A stretch of 64,000 bases of DNA from Octopus vulgaris. Its lineage: Eukaryota. Positions within the stretch are counted from its first letter, which is position 1; each line of letters begins with the position of its first letter. The notes under the pieces are model-generated. The model searched no databases. It saw nothing but the letters and a program-made list of their open reading frames with translations, and had not been told where the DNA came from. The DNA lies in NCBI GenBank assembly GCA_951406725.2, contig OX597830.1:66464001-66528000 (forward strand). Reading direction: 5' to 3'. Positions 38,460-52,080 of this stretch are shown in pieces. A program made the position numbers and the translations under genes.

Positions 38460-38641
38460 TTGGCGTTAGGAAGGGCATCCAGCTGTAGAAACATTGCCAG
38501 ATTAGACTGGAGCCTGGTGCAGCCTTCTGGCTTCCCAGAACCCCGGTCGAACCGTCCAACCCATGCTAGCATGGAGAACGGACGTTAAACGACGATGATG
38601 ATGATGATGATATATATATATATATATATGTATGTATATAC

Positions 38642-38726
<85 letters not shown>

Positions 38727-39192
38727 GATATGTATATATGGGGGACACAAAACTCCACTTGTGAAGACCTGTTGAGGCAAGTGGAAATCAGAACCAAAAT
38801 CGAAGTCGATCAACATCAATGGAAATTGCAGCTGTGATACCAGTGCTGGTGGCACGTAAGCGAACCATCCGATTGTGGCTGTTGCCAGCGCCGCCCTGAC
38901 TGGCCTCTGTGCCAGTGGCACGTAAAAAGTACCAACCGATCGTGGCCATTGCCAGCCTCGCCTGGCCCCCATGCTGATGGCACGTAAAAAGCACCATCCG
39001 ACCGTAGCCGTTTGCCAGCCCTGTCTGGCACCTGTGCGGGTGGCACGTAAAAAGCACCCACTACACTCACGGAGTGGTTGGCGTTAGGAAGGGCATCCAG
39101 CCGTAGAAACATTGCCAGATCAGACTGGGCCTGGTGCAGCCTTCTGGCTTCCCAGGCCCCAGTTGAACCATCCAACCCATGCTAGCATGGAA
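38457..39192 (+). mobile_element. Two family C copies separated by (TA)n
   Basis: Copies at 38457-38610 and 38740-39192. Confidence 0.85.
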
Positions 39193-39297
39193 AGCTATAG
39201 TAGAAGACATTTTCCCAAGGTGCTACGCAGTGGGAATGAACCTGGACCCATGTGGTTGGTAAGCAAGCTACTTTCCACACAGCCACTCCTGCGCCTT

Positions 39298-39515
39298 TTA
39301 TACATGTTTCATTTGTTAATAGGAGTTACAAAATTTTACATGTAGGAGAAATATGTAAGAAATCCCCTATTAAACATCCTTTGAACCGAGAACCAAGTGA
39401 TATTTGATTATTTGATTCTCTGTCTGAAGAACATCTTACAGGAGATATCTTACATGTTTCTCCTACATGTACAATTTTGTGACTCTTATTAGCAAATGGA
39501 ACATGTGTAATGGGG
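39298..39515. mobile_element. Old MITE with ~70-bp imperfect TIRs
   Basis: TTATACATGTTTCATTTGTTAATAGGAGTTACAAAATT... / ...AATTTTGTGACTCTTATTAGCAAATGGAACATGTGTAA. Confidence 0.65.
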
Positions 39516-39736
39516 TATATATAATTTCAAAAAGTTTTTCCAATCTCCTGTTTTGATATGTAATCACTTTGCCACAAAATGTTTGCCAGTATATTTCAAC
39601 TCTTATGCATATCTCACACAAATATAACATCTACATACAATATAAACAACTTTGGAGTATTGGAATAGGCCAGATGTACTTCAAGGGAACGCAGCTTGGC
39701 TTATAACCCTACCTACACTATATATATATATATATA

Positions 39737-39823
<87 letters not shown>

Positions 39824-39858
39824 ATTCTAAATTCTTATGATGTAAACAATACTCACAT

Positions 39859-39898
<40 letters not shown>

Positions 39899-40069
39899 GT
39901 TCTGATTGGTTCACATACACTGAAACAAAAAATATTTCTTTGCCTTATCTTAAGTCAATGTTTTTTTAATACCAGTAATTAAGTATGTTAATCAACCATT
40001 TGGCCACCTACTATATTTACTCATTTCTGTAAACAGATTGTGTAGCATGTGGATGTAGATATATGTATA

Positions 40070-40156
<87 letters not shown>

Positions 40157-41530
40157 ATATCTGTGTATCTGTTGCCTGTCAGTGAAATTAACTGAAAGAA
40201 TCTCTTTAGAAACTACAATGTCATAAGACTTAATGATTCTAATTGTTTAGCCCTGAGTCAAGTCTGATCAAGTAGACCTTTTGATGAAAGGGATTCCTAT
40301 CATGACCATCACTCCTTTTTTCAAATATTGTGCATCTAAGTTCATACCTATCCAATAAATCTCTCCATCTCTTTTGGTTTTTTGAAAATTTTTTTGTGTG
40401 CATTTTGATTTGAAAAACTTTGTTTTGAAAATGTAATTGAAAGAGAATTTAACTGCTATTTTTAACCAGTTGAGTGGCCCCATTAATATATACTTGGTTA
40501 AGACTTTTTTTTTTATCTCTGTAGTCTTATATGTAAACAAAATAAATATCTCCTAAGTCTCAAGTGATTAAGTGACTTTTGAAGTGGACTAGTGATAATT
40601 TGCCCTTCCCTCATTCTCGAGAGGTCACTAGTTTCTCATGTATAACGTTTCAAGATAATTTTGAATCTATTCTCACTATTCAAAACTGAATGAAAAATTT
40701 TGTGCGGGAACACAACAAAATGCTTGAAGTGGCTTTGAACTCATAATCCTTGAGCTGTTCGTGCTAATCACTTATAAACTCAGCTCTTTTGTGCAGAGAA
40801 ATTGGAACAGGAGTGTGAAGCAAAAGATTTGGATTATTGACCTGGTAATCAGTTCAAACTTTACTATGTAATTGTTTTTATAATTGTTTAGCCCCCAGGC
40901 CAAATAAGGTTGACCGCTTATTAAATACATCGTATTTGCGATCATTTCATCTTTTTGTATATCAGTAATAACGTCTTGTGTGTTCTTCATTATTTACCTT
41001 GATTCTTAGCTAGTTTTCGGCCAATATTGACCCAGGCCACATCTGACTTAATAGCACCCCTGGGAGAAGACATTTAATCATGCTTCATGTTATAGCCATA
41101 CTTTGGGCACTATTGGAGTAAAGAGTTATTGTTTGTATAGATATATCTTAGTGTAGGTGGTTTATTCGGAAAATTTTGGAGGAATTAATCCAAGAATCAT
41201 TTAAATGTTATGAGGTCTTTTTTTTCTTCCTTATGTATGTTGGCACAATGTTGAAGAATGCAGGGCCAGCTGAAATGAAGCAGTTCTGTCTTAGTGCTGT
41301 GATGTGATGTGAGCTCAGTTTTGTAAAGGATGGATGGTGTGGGGATCAGGTGTTGGGGGTGAATTTTGGCAGAATCAGTAGCATTTCTTCTGTTTTTCTT
41401 TTTCTTTTATATTCTGAGTTCAAATGTTACCTTTCATCTTTTTGGGTTTGATAAAATATAGTACTGGGGTCAATGTAATTGACTAACCTCCTCCTCCAAA
41501 ATGTAGGACCTTGTGCTTATAATACAAAGA

Positions 41531-41594
<64 letters not shown>

Positions 41595-41596
<2 letters not shown>

Positions 41597-42450
41597 ATAT
41601 AAATGTTCAATATTTGGTAGATTGAGGCAAATTTGTACTGCATCACCTGCTACACTTATGTGTTGCTGGGGTGTGTGCAGCATTGTGCATTCTTTTATGC
41701 AGTTGGGAGTGTGCAAACTCTTCCCGGTACTGCATCGTGTTAGGGATTTTTTTCCCTTGAGGTGTGATACTGTCTTTTGTCGTGTTACTGCTTGTATTGT
41801 GTGTTAAGCATCTAGTGCTTTGCTTCTTTGGCTTGCTGGTGGGAATTTATTTCACTGGATAAATGCTGTATAGAGTGTGTCTATTAATTGTGGGTTGTTT
41901 TTTTTTAGGTTGTGTGATTGGATTGGTAGTGTCTTGCGTAGGACGTGGGCTGTTCTGTTCTTGGCAGGGCTATTTTTTTGACAGTGTGTAGTGCTCAGAA
42001 TCCAGGTATAACCTCTACATTTTTGTTCATATGATTTTTTTATCATGCCCAATGCTCCAATTATTATTGGTATTATTTTTTACCCTCGTGCCCCACATTT
42101 TGAATACTTCAATTTTGAGCTCTTTGTACTCTGACAATTCCTCCACCACATTTTTGACAATATTTTGATCAGAAGGGACTGCAATGTCTATCAGTAAGCA
42201 GGTGTTTTTACCCCAATCCTTGACTATTATGTGTGGGTGACTAGTTTTTCTTTGTCAGTTTGAACTGGCATACCCCAGATGATTGTATCTGATCATTGCC
42301 TTGTACTTTGCTTGGCACATGCTTATTTATACCACCTGTTGTCAGTTTTGATGTTGTAATGTTGGTGTATTTTCCAGAAAGCAGGAGTGCCGATTTTGTA
42401 GTGCTTACATATTTTCCAATATAAATACTGTCATACTCTATTGTGATGAT
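41595..42450 (-). mobile_element. R4/Dong-clade LINE fragment flanked by (TAA)n on both sides
   Basis: Decayed translation HHNRV*QYLYWKICKHYKI...IIVKD...TCLLIDIAVPSDQNI...YKELKIEVFKMWG...IIIGALGMIKK...TAHVLRKTL, matching the RH-box plus restriction-like endonuclease domain. Confidence 0.85.
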
Positions 42451-42460
42451 TTTTGTATTA

Positions 42461-42530
<70 letters not shown>

Positions 42531-42622
42531 TAGTTTTATTTTTTTTGCGTGCTTTCACTTCACTACCGAGCGCAGCTCTGTGTGCCTTGGGTATGTGCTG
42601 TGATTTGTTGTGATGCTCTGTC

Positions 42623-42653
<31 letters not shown>

Positions 42654-42659
42654 ATTATC

Positions 42660-42920
42660 ATGTCAGTGACACGTAAAAGCACCAACTGATCATGGCCGTT
42701 TGCCAGCCTGCTCTGGCACCTGTGCCAGTGGCATGTAAAAACACCCAATACACTCTCGGAGTGGTTGGCATTAGGAAGGGCATCCAGCTGTAGAAACACT
42801 GCCAAATCAGACTGGAGCCTGGTGCAGCCTCCATGGCTTACCAGACCCTGGTTGAACTGTCCAACCCATGCTAGCATGGAAAACAGACGTTAAATGATGA
42901 TGAGGATGATGATGATGATG
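42660..42920 (+). mobile_element. Repeat family C
   Basis: Conserved tail and (TGA)n. Confidence 0.85.
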
Positions 42921-42926
42921 ATTATC

Positions 42927-42974
<48 letters not shown>

Positions 42975-42975
42975 G

Positions 42976-43031
<56 letters not shown>

Positions 43032-43061
43032 GTTATTATTATTATTATTATTATCATTATT

Positions 43062-43123
<62 letters not shown>

Positions 43124-43376
43124 TATTAAGGCAGCAAGCAGGCAGAATCGTTAGCATGCTGGGAAAAATGCTTAGCGGTATTTCATCCGTGTTCACATTT
43201 TGAGTTCAAATTCCACCAAGGTCAACTTTGGCTTTCATCATTCAGGGTTCGATAAAATAAGTACCAGTGAAATACTGGGGTCAATGTAATTGACTAGTCC
43301 TCTCCTCCGAAATTGCTGGCTTTTTGCTAAAATTATGAAATCATTGTTATTATTATTCCTAAAGCAAATGAATAAC

Positions 43377-43407
<31 letters not shown>

Positions 43408-43751
43408 AACTGTTTCTGTTTTTAAGTTTCCGTCGATCTTAATATCAATATGAAAAATAAGGATGAAATAAGAAAAAAGAAAGGAAAAAAAACAAATAAG
43501 CCATCAGGAAAGCAAATGAAACGAAATGCCTAAGAAGAGTTTGTCTCAAGGATGTCTACACAAGCACACACACACACACACACACAGGGAAAGAGAGATA
43601 GAGAGAGAGAGAGAATGAGATAAAGAGGAAGAGAAAGTGAAACAAAGGTGAAAGAAGTAAACAGAAGATACACACACACATATATATATAAATACAAACA
43701 CATGTATTTATATGATAAATCTCAGAGCGAGTTATAAACAGTAGCGGTAAC

Positions 43752-44019
43752 ACATCGTGACGCATATTTGCCATTTGAATATGGCTAACCCCTAAGGGTG
43801 GATGCTACTGTAGTTTGTAGCCCCAGGAAGATATCTCCTCCAGCTGGCTATAGATACACTATCTGTGTTCTCTCAGTATTTCCCTTCACAAATACTGAGA
43901 GGACACAGATAGTGTGTCAATAGCCAGCTGGAGGAGATATCTTCCTGGGGCTACAAACTACAGTAGCATCCACCCTTAGGGGTTAGCCATATTCAAATGG
44001 CAAATATGCGTCACCATGT
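43752..44019. repeat. Near-perfect inverted repeat, ~130-bp arms, 8-nt loop
   Basis: Arms differ at only a few positions and share CCCAGGA..ATC..CTCCAGCTGGCTATA..ATCTGTGT with the element at 49318-49680. Confidence 0.9.
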
Positions 44020-44278
44020 ATTTATAGATATATTTATACACACGCACACACACACACACACAGAGTTTGTCCGTCCTTTCTATTATAGGCGCAAGGCCTG
44101 AAATCTTGGTGGAGGGGTTAAGTGGATTACATCAACCTCAGTTCTCAACTGGTACTTAATTTATTGACCCTGAAAAAATGAAAGGCAAAGTTGACCTTGG
44201 CGGAATTTGAACTCAGACCGTAAAGACAGATGAAATACCACTAAGCATTTTGCCAAGCGTGCTAAAGATTCTGCCAGC

Positions 44279-44326
<48 letters not shown>

Positions 44327-44739
44327 TAACAAGAATTTCATTTACCATAGGAATAATAACAACAGCAACTCCTTCCTCCCCACAAAAGAAAAAGAATAGT
44401 GAATGAAGTATGTTTTAATTACTTTTCCCCTGTATGGCAATGTAAATATTTAAGACCTTCGTTAATTTTGTCTGACTTTAATTATTCATGCTAGCTGATT
44501 GAGTTAAACCATCTCCTCACACTCAAAACTTATTAAAACTATTTCTATGCAATTAAAAAAAAAATACAGCTTTGCAGGTTTGTTTCTATTTTCTCTCCTT
44601 CATCTTTTATTTCTTACTTGTTTTAGTTATTAGACTGTGGCCATGCTGGGGCACTGACTTAAAACATTCTTAGCCGAATGAATTGAACCACCGCCCCGTA
44701 TTTTTCTTTTAAAAGCCTGGTTGTCATTCTTATTCCTTT

Positions 44740-44970
44740 ATTTCTTTACTACCCACAAGGGGCTAAACATAGAGAGGATAAGCAAGGACAGACAAATGAA
44801 TTAAGTCGATTATATCGACCCCAGTTCGTCACTGGTACTTATTTAATCGACCCCAAAAGGATGAAAGGCAAAGTTGACCTCGGCGGAATTTGAACTCAGA
44901 ATGTAATGGCAGATGAAATACCACTAAGCATTTCGCCCGGCGTGCTAACATTTATGCCAGCTCATCACCT
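44740..44970 (-). mobile_element. SINE family B
   Basis: Homology to 12755-12981. Confidence 0.85.
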
Positions 44971-45015
44971 TCAACTGGTTGTCATTCTGTCATTCTGTCA
45001 TTCTGTCATTCTCTT

Positions 45016-45203
45016 TTACCCTTTCACATTCAGATCACTGTCTCAAATGTAATACATATTTATTTGCATTATTTTGAATGATGTGGGATGTTTATTTTTA
45101 TAATGACATTGAAGGGCATGCATGAGAAGTCAGATCTAGTTGATTTGAACATTAAATAGGATACTGGAGTCAGATATGGTTGGTTTAAATACCAAAGGGT
45201 TAA
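45016..45203. mobile_element. piggyBac-like MITE
   Basis: CCCTTT...AAAGGG-TTAA termini; homologs at 51687-51904, ~52520-52630 and 29440-30010. Confidence 0.6.
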
Positions 45204-45224
45204 TGTTACCTTAGTAGATTATAT

Positions 45225-45826
45225 GTTTCTTTACTACCCACAAGGGGCTTACCACAGAGGGGACAAACAAGGACAGACGAATGGATTAAGTCGATTACAT
45301 CGACCCCAGTGCGTAACTGGTACTTAATTTATCGACCCCAAAATGATGAAAGGCAAAGTCGACCTCGGCGGAATTTGAATTCAGAATGTAACGGCAGACG
45401 AAATACCTATTTCTTTACTACCCACAAGGGGCTAAACATAGAGGGGACAAACAAGGACAGAGACGAATGGATTAAGTCGATTACATCGACCCCAGTGCGT
45501 AACTGGTACTTAATTTATCGACCCCGAAAGGATGAAAGGCAAAGTCAACCTCGGCGGAATTTGAACTCAGAACGTAACGGCAGACGAAATACCTATTTCT
45601 TGATTACCCACAAGGGGCTAAACACAGAGTGGACAAACAAGGACAGACGAACGGATTAAGTCGATTACATCGACCCCAGTGTGAAACTGGTACTTAATTT
45701 ATCGACCCCGAAAGGATGAAAGGCAAAGTTGACCTCGGCGGAATTTGAACTCAGAACGTAGTGGCAGACGAAATACGGTTACGCATTTCGCCTGGCGTGC
45801 TAACAGTGCTGCCAGCTCGCCGCCTT
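45225..45826 (-). mobile_element. Tandem trimer of SINE family B (~185-bp period)
   Basis: One head followed by three bodies; junction GACGAAATACCTATTTCTT at ~45405 and ~45590. Confidence 0.9.
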
Positions 45827-46055
45827 CAATAGATTATAGTTAACCTCAATGTGGCTTTCCAACATAATGTTCTCACTTCTGATCTATTACATTACATTAC
45901 AGCATTTATTAAGTGTTGTTGCCAAATTTTAAAGATGGTAAATTGTTTAGTAATGGAGATTATTTGCAATGCTAAGAAGTTATTGTGGCTTTGTAAGAAC
46001 TCTCTCATCCGCTTCTCTTGTTCAGGCTGTTTGTCATGTTTGTTTATACTCTCTC

Positions 46056-46695
46056 TTTACTCTTTTACTTGTTTCAGTCATTTGACTGCGGCCATGCTGG
46101 AGCACCGCCTTTAGTCGAGCAAATCGACCCCCCCAGGACTTATTCTTTGTAAGCCTAGTACTTATTCTATCGGCCTCTTTTGCCGAACCGCTAAGTTATG
46201 GGGACATGAACACACTAGCATTGATTGTCAAGCGATGTTGGGGGGACAAACACAGACACACAAAAACACGCACATATATATACACACACACAACAGGCTT
46301 CTTTCAGTTTCCGTCTACCAAATCCACTCAAGGCTTTGGTCAGCTCGAGGCTATAGTAGAAGACACTTGCCCAAAGTGTCACACAGTGGTACTGAACCCG
46401 GAACCATGTGGTTGGCAAGCAAGCTACTTACCACACAGCCACTCCTGCGCCTTATATTATATATTTTTGACTATTTTTTATCAATTATTCTTTTTCTTCT
46501 TCTCTTTTATTCTTTAACTTTTTCGAGTCATTTGACTGTGGCCATGCTGGTGCACTGCGTTTAGTCGAACATATCGACCCCCAAGACTTATTCTTCGTAA
46601 GCCTAGTACTTATTCTATAGGGACATAAGCACACCAACATTTGTTGTCAAATGATGATGGAGGGGACAAACACAGGCACATAAATATATACTTAC

Positions 46696-46743
<48 letters not shown>

Positions 46744-46886
46744 TGGGTGTCTTTCAGTTTCCATCTACCAAATCCACTCACAAGGCTGTAGTAGAAGAAC
46801 TTGTTCAAGGTGCCATGGAGTGGAACTGAACATAGAATCATGTGGTTGGTAAGCAAGCTTCTTACCACACAGCCACTCCTGCACCT
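46056..46886 (-). mobile_element. Two adjacent SINE family A copies (46056-46451, 46505-46886)
   Basis: Homology to 348-747. Confidence 0.85.
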
Positions 46887-47337
46887 ATCTTTATCTTTTA
46901 ATCTTATCTATTTCAGTTGCTAGGCTGTGGTCATGCAGGGGCGCCACCTGGAACAAATTTTAGCCAAAAGAATTGACCCCAGTACTTATTTTCTTCTATT
47001 TTTTTTTAAAGTCATCTACTTATTCTGTCATTCTCTTTTGTTGAACTGCTAAGTTACATGAATGTAAACACATCAACACTGGTTGTCAAGCAACAGTAAG
47101 GGATAAACACAGACAAGAAGACACACACACACATATTGATATATTTATATATGTATATATATATGTATGTATGCATGTGTGTGTGTATATATATATGTAT
47201 ATCTATCTATATATACATATATATACACACACACACACGCACACATGTACATATATATATATATATATATATGTATATGTAATAGAAATATTAAAATTAC
47301 TAAGTCTCTCTAAAGGAGATTACGGCAGCATTACTGG

Positions 47338-47501
47338 ATATTAATAGTTATCGCCATACTAATATGGCAGTCTATAAATATAAGACTAAAGCTGTCGCTG
47401 ATATATCTAGCTAGAGGCGATGGCCTCTTGGAGCTAATCAGCAACAGCTTTAGTCTTATATTTATAGACTGCCATATTAGTATGGCGATAACTATTAATA
47501 T
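47338..47501. repeat. Inverted repeat with 65-bp arms in a TA-embedded element (47280-47501)
   Basis: One mismatch between the arms; the spacer contains AGAGG..CCTCT. Confidence 0.9.
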
Positions 47502-48734
47502 ATGTATATGTATATATATATAGATAGATATACATGCATGCATACATACACACACACACACACATGATATGCTTCTTTCAGCATCCACCTATGAAATCCA
47601 TTCACACAGCTTTGGTTGGCAAAGGCGGCGAGGTAGCAGAGGCATTAGCACACTGGGTGAAATGCTTGGCGGTATTTTGTCTATCTTTACGTTCTGAGTT
47701 CAGATTCTGCCAAGGTTGACTTTGCCTTTCATCCTTTCGGGGTCAATAAATTAAGTACCAGTTGCATACCGCAGTTGATCTAATAGACTGGCCCTACCCA
47801 CTCCCCAAAGAAATTTCAGGCCTTGTGCCTAGAGTAGAAGAGAAAAGGCTTTGGTTGGCACAAGGTTATAATAGAAAACACTCACCCAAGGTGTCCACAC
47901 AGTGGGACTGAACCCAGAACCATGTGGTTGAAAAGCAAACTTCTTACTCTACAACCATGTCTGTGTTATTTTATTTACACATTTCCCTCACCTTGGTCTG
48001 GTCCATCACACAGCGCCTAGAACCATGGGGCAAATCATGTCTTTATGCAAATGGAAAGCACAGCTTTATCTTCTCTTTTACCTTTTACTTGTTTCTGTCA
48101 TTGGATTGCGGCCATGCTGGAGCACTACTTTGAAGGGTTTTGTTGAACAAATTGACCCTAATACTTTTCTTGAAGTCTGGTACTTACTGTATTGGCCTCT
48201 TTTGCCAAATCCTAACTTATAGGGATGTAAACAAACCAATACTAATTGTTAATGGTGAGGAGAGGGAAAAAAAAAAACAAAGGCACATCTATAGTGCAGG
48301 CTTCCCATACAGCTTCCACCTACCAAATTTCCTCACGAGGCATTGGTTGGCTGGGAATTATAGCGGAAAGCACTTACCCAAAGTACTACACAGTAGAACT
48401 GAACTTGAAATTGTGTTTGCAAAGTGAATTTCTTAACCACACAGCAATGTCTGCTCTTAGCTACGCTAATGTTATTTCAATTATATTTTATGAAATTAAA
48501 CATATCTCTGGCAAGGTGCCAACTACCAAATATCCTCTTATTTCTTTAAATGCCATTGAAAGTAAATGCCAAAGTGTAAACACTGATTGCTTTCCTGGCA
48601 AAAAAATGGACATTTTAAGCTACCATTAATCTTTTAGGACCAAGTGGCAAATTACTAAGAATGGTCCAATTGAAAAATGGTAAGCTATTCTGTTGTGATG
48701 TAACTGACAGTGAGAGTTATTAGGAGTATAAAAT

Positions 48735-49020
48735 GCTTGTTTACTTAATGTTGTAGACAGGATATGTTACCTAGGCAACTTAATCAGTACTATAACAGTA
48801 TAATATCCAAAGCTGTGAATTGTGAATCTGAGCTGAAAGGAAGTTTGTTGAGGTGTTGCTTTCATTGAGGACAATGACATACCCACCCCCACTCACTCCC
48901 TCACTACCTCTCTCCATCTCTGTCTTTGTCTGCTTGTCTCTCCCTCCTCTCTCTCTCTCTCTGTCTCTCTTGGCATGTTGTATATAAGAAGTGTGATGCT
49001 GTATAAAAGTGAACCATGAA
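48735..49020 (+). mobile_element. Highly decayed RTE reverse-transcriptase fragments
   Basis: LNVVDRICYLGNLIS (compare LEVVD.F.YLG..IS) and IRSVMLYKSEP* (compare VRS.MLYGSETW). Confidence 0.45.
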
Positions 49021-49317
49021 TAAACAAAGATTAGAAAACTTCCTGAAAATGGAAAAGAATGATTTGAATTTGACTTGTTTCCAGAGTAATGTAGAAGTAG
49101 ACTAAATGGTCCAGTTGACAGAGCATCAGATTAAAGAACTGACAGATCGATGGTTCAAGTTCTATCAGCAATGTTGCATTGTGTCTATCCATGATGAGAA
49201 CATTTAACTTTCAGTGAGTCGATCCACCTAGCTGTAAATAAGTACCCCAAAGGTGGGACTAACTACTCACTAGATAATTACTATTTGTAAATCTCACAAT
49301 GAGAGATATTCAGCAAC

Positions 49318-49680
49318 AGTACTTTGGAGTAAAGATTGTTTGCCAACATAACATGGCAGTCCTGGTTTAGGACAAATCTTGCTGTAATTTAGTCCCAGGA
49401 GACATCATCTCCAGCTGGCTATACGACACGATCTGTGTCCTTATATTTTTGAACAATTATTCTGTGCTGATGAAGGGAAATAACTCGGAAATCGTGATAC
49501 ACAGATATTGTTTTGAGCTGAGTGGGGGTGCTAGATTCCCTTGTTCGAAAATATAAAGACACATATCATGTTGTATAGCCAGCTGGAGATGATGTCTCCT
49601 GGGGCTAAATTACAGAAACATTCATCCTAAACCAGAACTGCCATGTTATGTTGGTAAACAATCTTTACTCCAAAGCTACT
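49318..49680 (+). mobile_element. Foldback element: ~138-bp imperfect arms around a hammerhead-containing spacer
   Basis: Arms 49318-49456 and 49541-49680. Confidence 0.8.
49461..49505 (+). ncRNA. Type I hammerhead ribozyme motif, canonical core
   Basis: TCTGTG-CTGATGA-A-GGG(AAATAA)CTC-G-GAA-ATCGTGAT-A-CACAGA: perfect 6-bp stem I, quasi-palindromic stem III, AUA site. Confidence 0.75.
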
Positions 49681-49711
49681 CACTATTCACTTCTATAAGC
49701 AGCTCCTTCTA

Positions 49712-50088
49712 AAAAGCACTGGTGCTGGTGCCATGTAAAAAGCACTGCTGCTGGTTCCACATAAAAGACACTAGTGCTGGTACCACATAAAAAGCACCGG
49801 CGCTGGTGTCATGTTAAAAGCACTGGTGCAGTGCCACATTAAAATTGCTGGTGATAGTGCCACTTTAAAAGCACTGTTACTGGTACCACATAAAAAGCAC
49901 TGGTAATAGTGCCATATACAAAGCGCCCAGTACACTCTGTAAAGTGGTTGGCAGTAGGGAGGGCATCCAGCTGTAGAGACTAAGCCAAAATAGACTGTGG
50001 AACCTGGCGTGACTCCTGGCTTTGCTGGTTCCTGTTAAACCATCCAACCTACGCCAGCATGGAAAATGGGCATTAACTGATGATGATG
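49712..50088 (+). mobile_element. Family C copy with ~7 tandem ~29-bp subrepeats
   Basis: (AAAAGCACTGGTGCTGGTGCCACAT)-like units precede the conserved tail. Confidence 0.8.
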
Positions 50089-50352
50089 AATTTATTTGCT
50101 GAAGTAAAGTCTAATCCTGTACCTCAGAAAGATATCTTGTTAGAAGACTAATATACATTTATATCCTTGTCACATGTTGGATACATAAATTATACATTAC
50201 ACAGTGGAGGCTAAATCAATGTGTTCACACAATGTACTTTGTGAGACTATCAAAATGCTCTCTCTTGACTACTAGTGACCTCAACTCTTTATAAGAGTTC
50301 AGCTAGTCCGTTCTTCGAATCTGCTAGTGGTGTCAATGACACTTGCCACAGG

Positions 50353-50732
50353 GAAGCACTCCATCGGTTACGACGACAAGGGTTCTGGTTGATCCGATCA
50401 ACGGAACAGCCTGCTCGTGAAATTAACGTGTAAGTGGTTGAGCACTCCACAGACACGTGTACCCTTAATGTAGTTCTCGGGATATTCAGTGTGACACAGA
50501 GAGTGACAAGGCTGGCCCTTTGAAATACAGGTACAACAGAAACAGGAAGTAAGAGTGAGAAAAAGTTGTGGTGAAAGAGTTCAGCAGGGATCACCACCAT
50601 CCCCTGCCAGAGCCTTGTGGAGCTTTAGGTGTTTTCGCTCAATAAACACTCACAACGCCTGGTCTGGGAATCGAAACCGCGATCCTACAACCGCGAGTCC
50701 GCTGCCCTAACCACTGGGCCATTGCGCCTCCC
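50353..50732 (-). mobile_element. SINE family D
   Basis: Homology to 25171-25564; CACTTGCCACAG is duplicated on the flanks. Confidence 0.9.
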
Positions 50733-50924
50733 CACTTGCCACAGCACATACTATCAAAGGTATTCGAACTGCGACCATCACATGTTCTTTTTATAGGCAT
50801 AGGGTAACCTAGACCACATTATTAAACAAGTCTTTTTCTCTTTTGCTCTACTTTTTCTTAAAGAAGTTATGGTGTTGTTATTTTATTTGTTAATTTAAAG
50901 TAAAGGAGCTTATGATATATCTTA

Positions 50925-51313
50925 TACCTGTTTCAGCCATTTGATTGTGGCCATGCTGGGGCACTTCCTTGTAGAACCTTTAGTCAAATGAATCGATCCC
51001 AGTACTTATTTTTTTAAAGCCTGGTACTTATTCTATCACTCCCTTTTTGCTGAACCATTAAGTTACAGGGACGTAAACAAACCAACATCAGTTATCAAGT
51101 GGTGCTGGGGGACAAACACAGACACAAAGACATACATACATATATATATACAATGGATTTGTTTCAGTTTCTCTCTACCATATCCACTCACAAGGCTTTG
51201 GTTGACCTGAGGCTAGAGTTGAAGACACTTGCCCAAGGTGTCATGCAGAAGGACTGAACCCAGAACTACGTAGCTGGGAAGCAAACTTCTTACCACACAG
51301 CCACGCCTGCACC
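50925..51313 (-). mobile_element. SINE family A, diverged
   Basis: Homology to 348-747. Confidence 0.8.
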
Positions 51314-52080
51314 TGTATACACATAGCAGTTCTACTTGTGATATTGTCTTCTAAAATTGCTTGTGTCAGAATTGTTAGACTTCAGGTGTTATATTTTGAA
51401 TATTCAATATTCAAGCAAGCAGAAGCTAAATATAGTTTAACAACAGCAACAGCAACAAGTTTCTTTTGTGTGATTGTATACCCTTCCAAAGCAATAGTTT
51501 ATTTTATGGTTCCATTGTTAATTTGACCTTAAGAATTTGTAATTGTACTAGATCTTTAGAAGAAAGTAAAAAAAAAAAAAAACCCAGCAAAAACACTATA
51601 AAACTAGCTTGGTTGGTAGTCTCTTTAGAATGCTTTAGGTTTCAGGTAAGTATTTTTAGAGGTATTTAAAAAGAAGTTACATATATCTAATCCTCTAGTA
51701 TTCAGATTAATCTGTCAAATTCAATGCTTATTTATTCACACTATTTTGAATTTATCCTGAATTATCTAATAGCTTTGAAATTTTGATGATGTGATTGTAT
51801 ATTTTTAGACTGACATTGTAGGGTAGGAGTGAGAAGTCAGATGTAGCCGATTTGAACCTTAAAAAGGTAGAATGTATTGGCAGGTTTAAATGCTAAAGAG
51901 TTAAATAACTAATCTTTAAGTTCAGGGTGGTTAATATATGTATATATATATAGCAATTAAGGACAACTACTTAATAAGGAAAACTTAACAAGAAATTGTC
52001 AGGTAGATAGCGTGAAAGACCTCATAAGAGAAAAAATTTCGAAAATAATTATTTCTTATTGAACATATTAATTTATATAT

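Noticed and set aside
49712-49930. ~29-bp periodic repeats superficially like a CRISPR array
   Set aside because: Units are degenerate tandem copies without unique spacers, there are no cas genes, and the context is a eukaryotic repeat.
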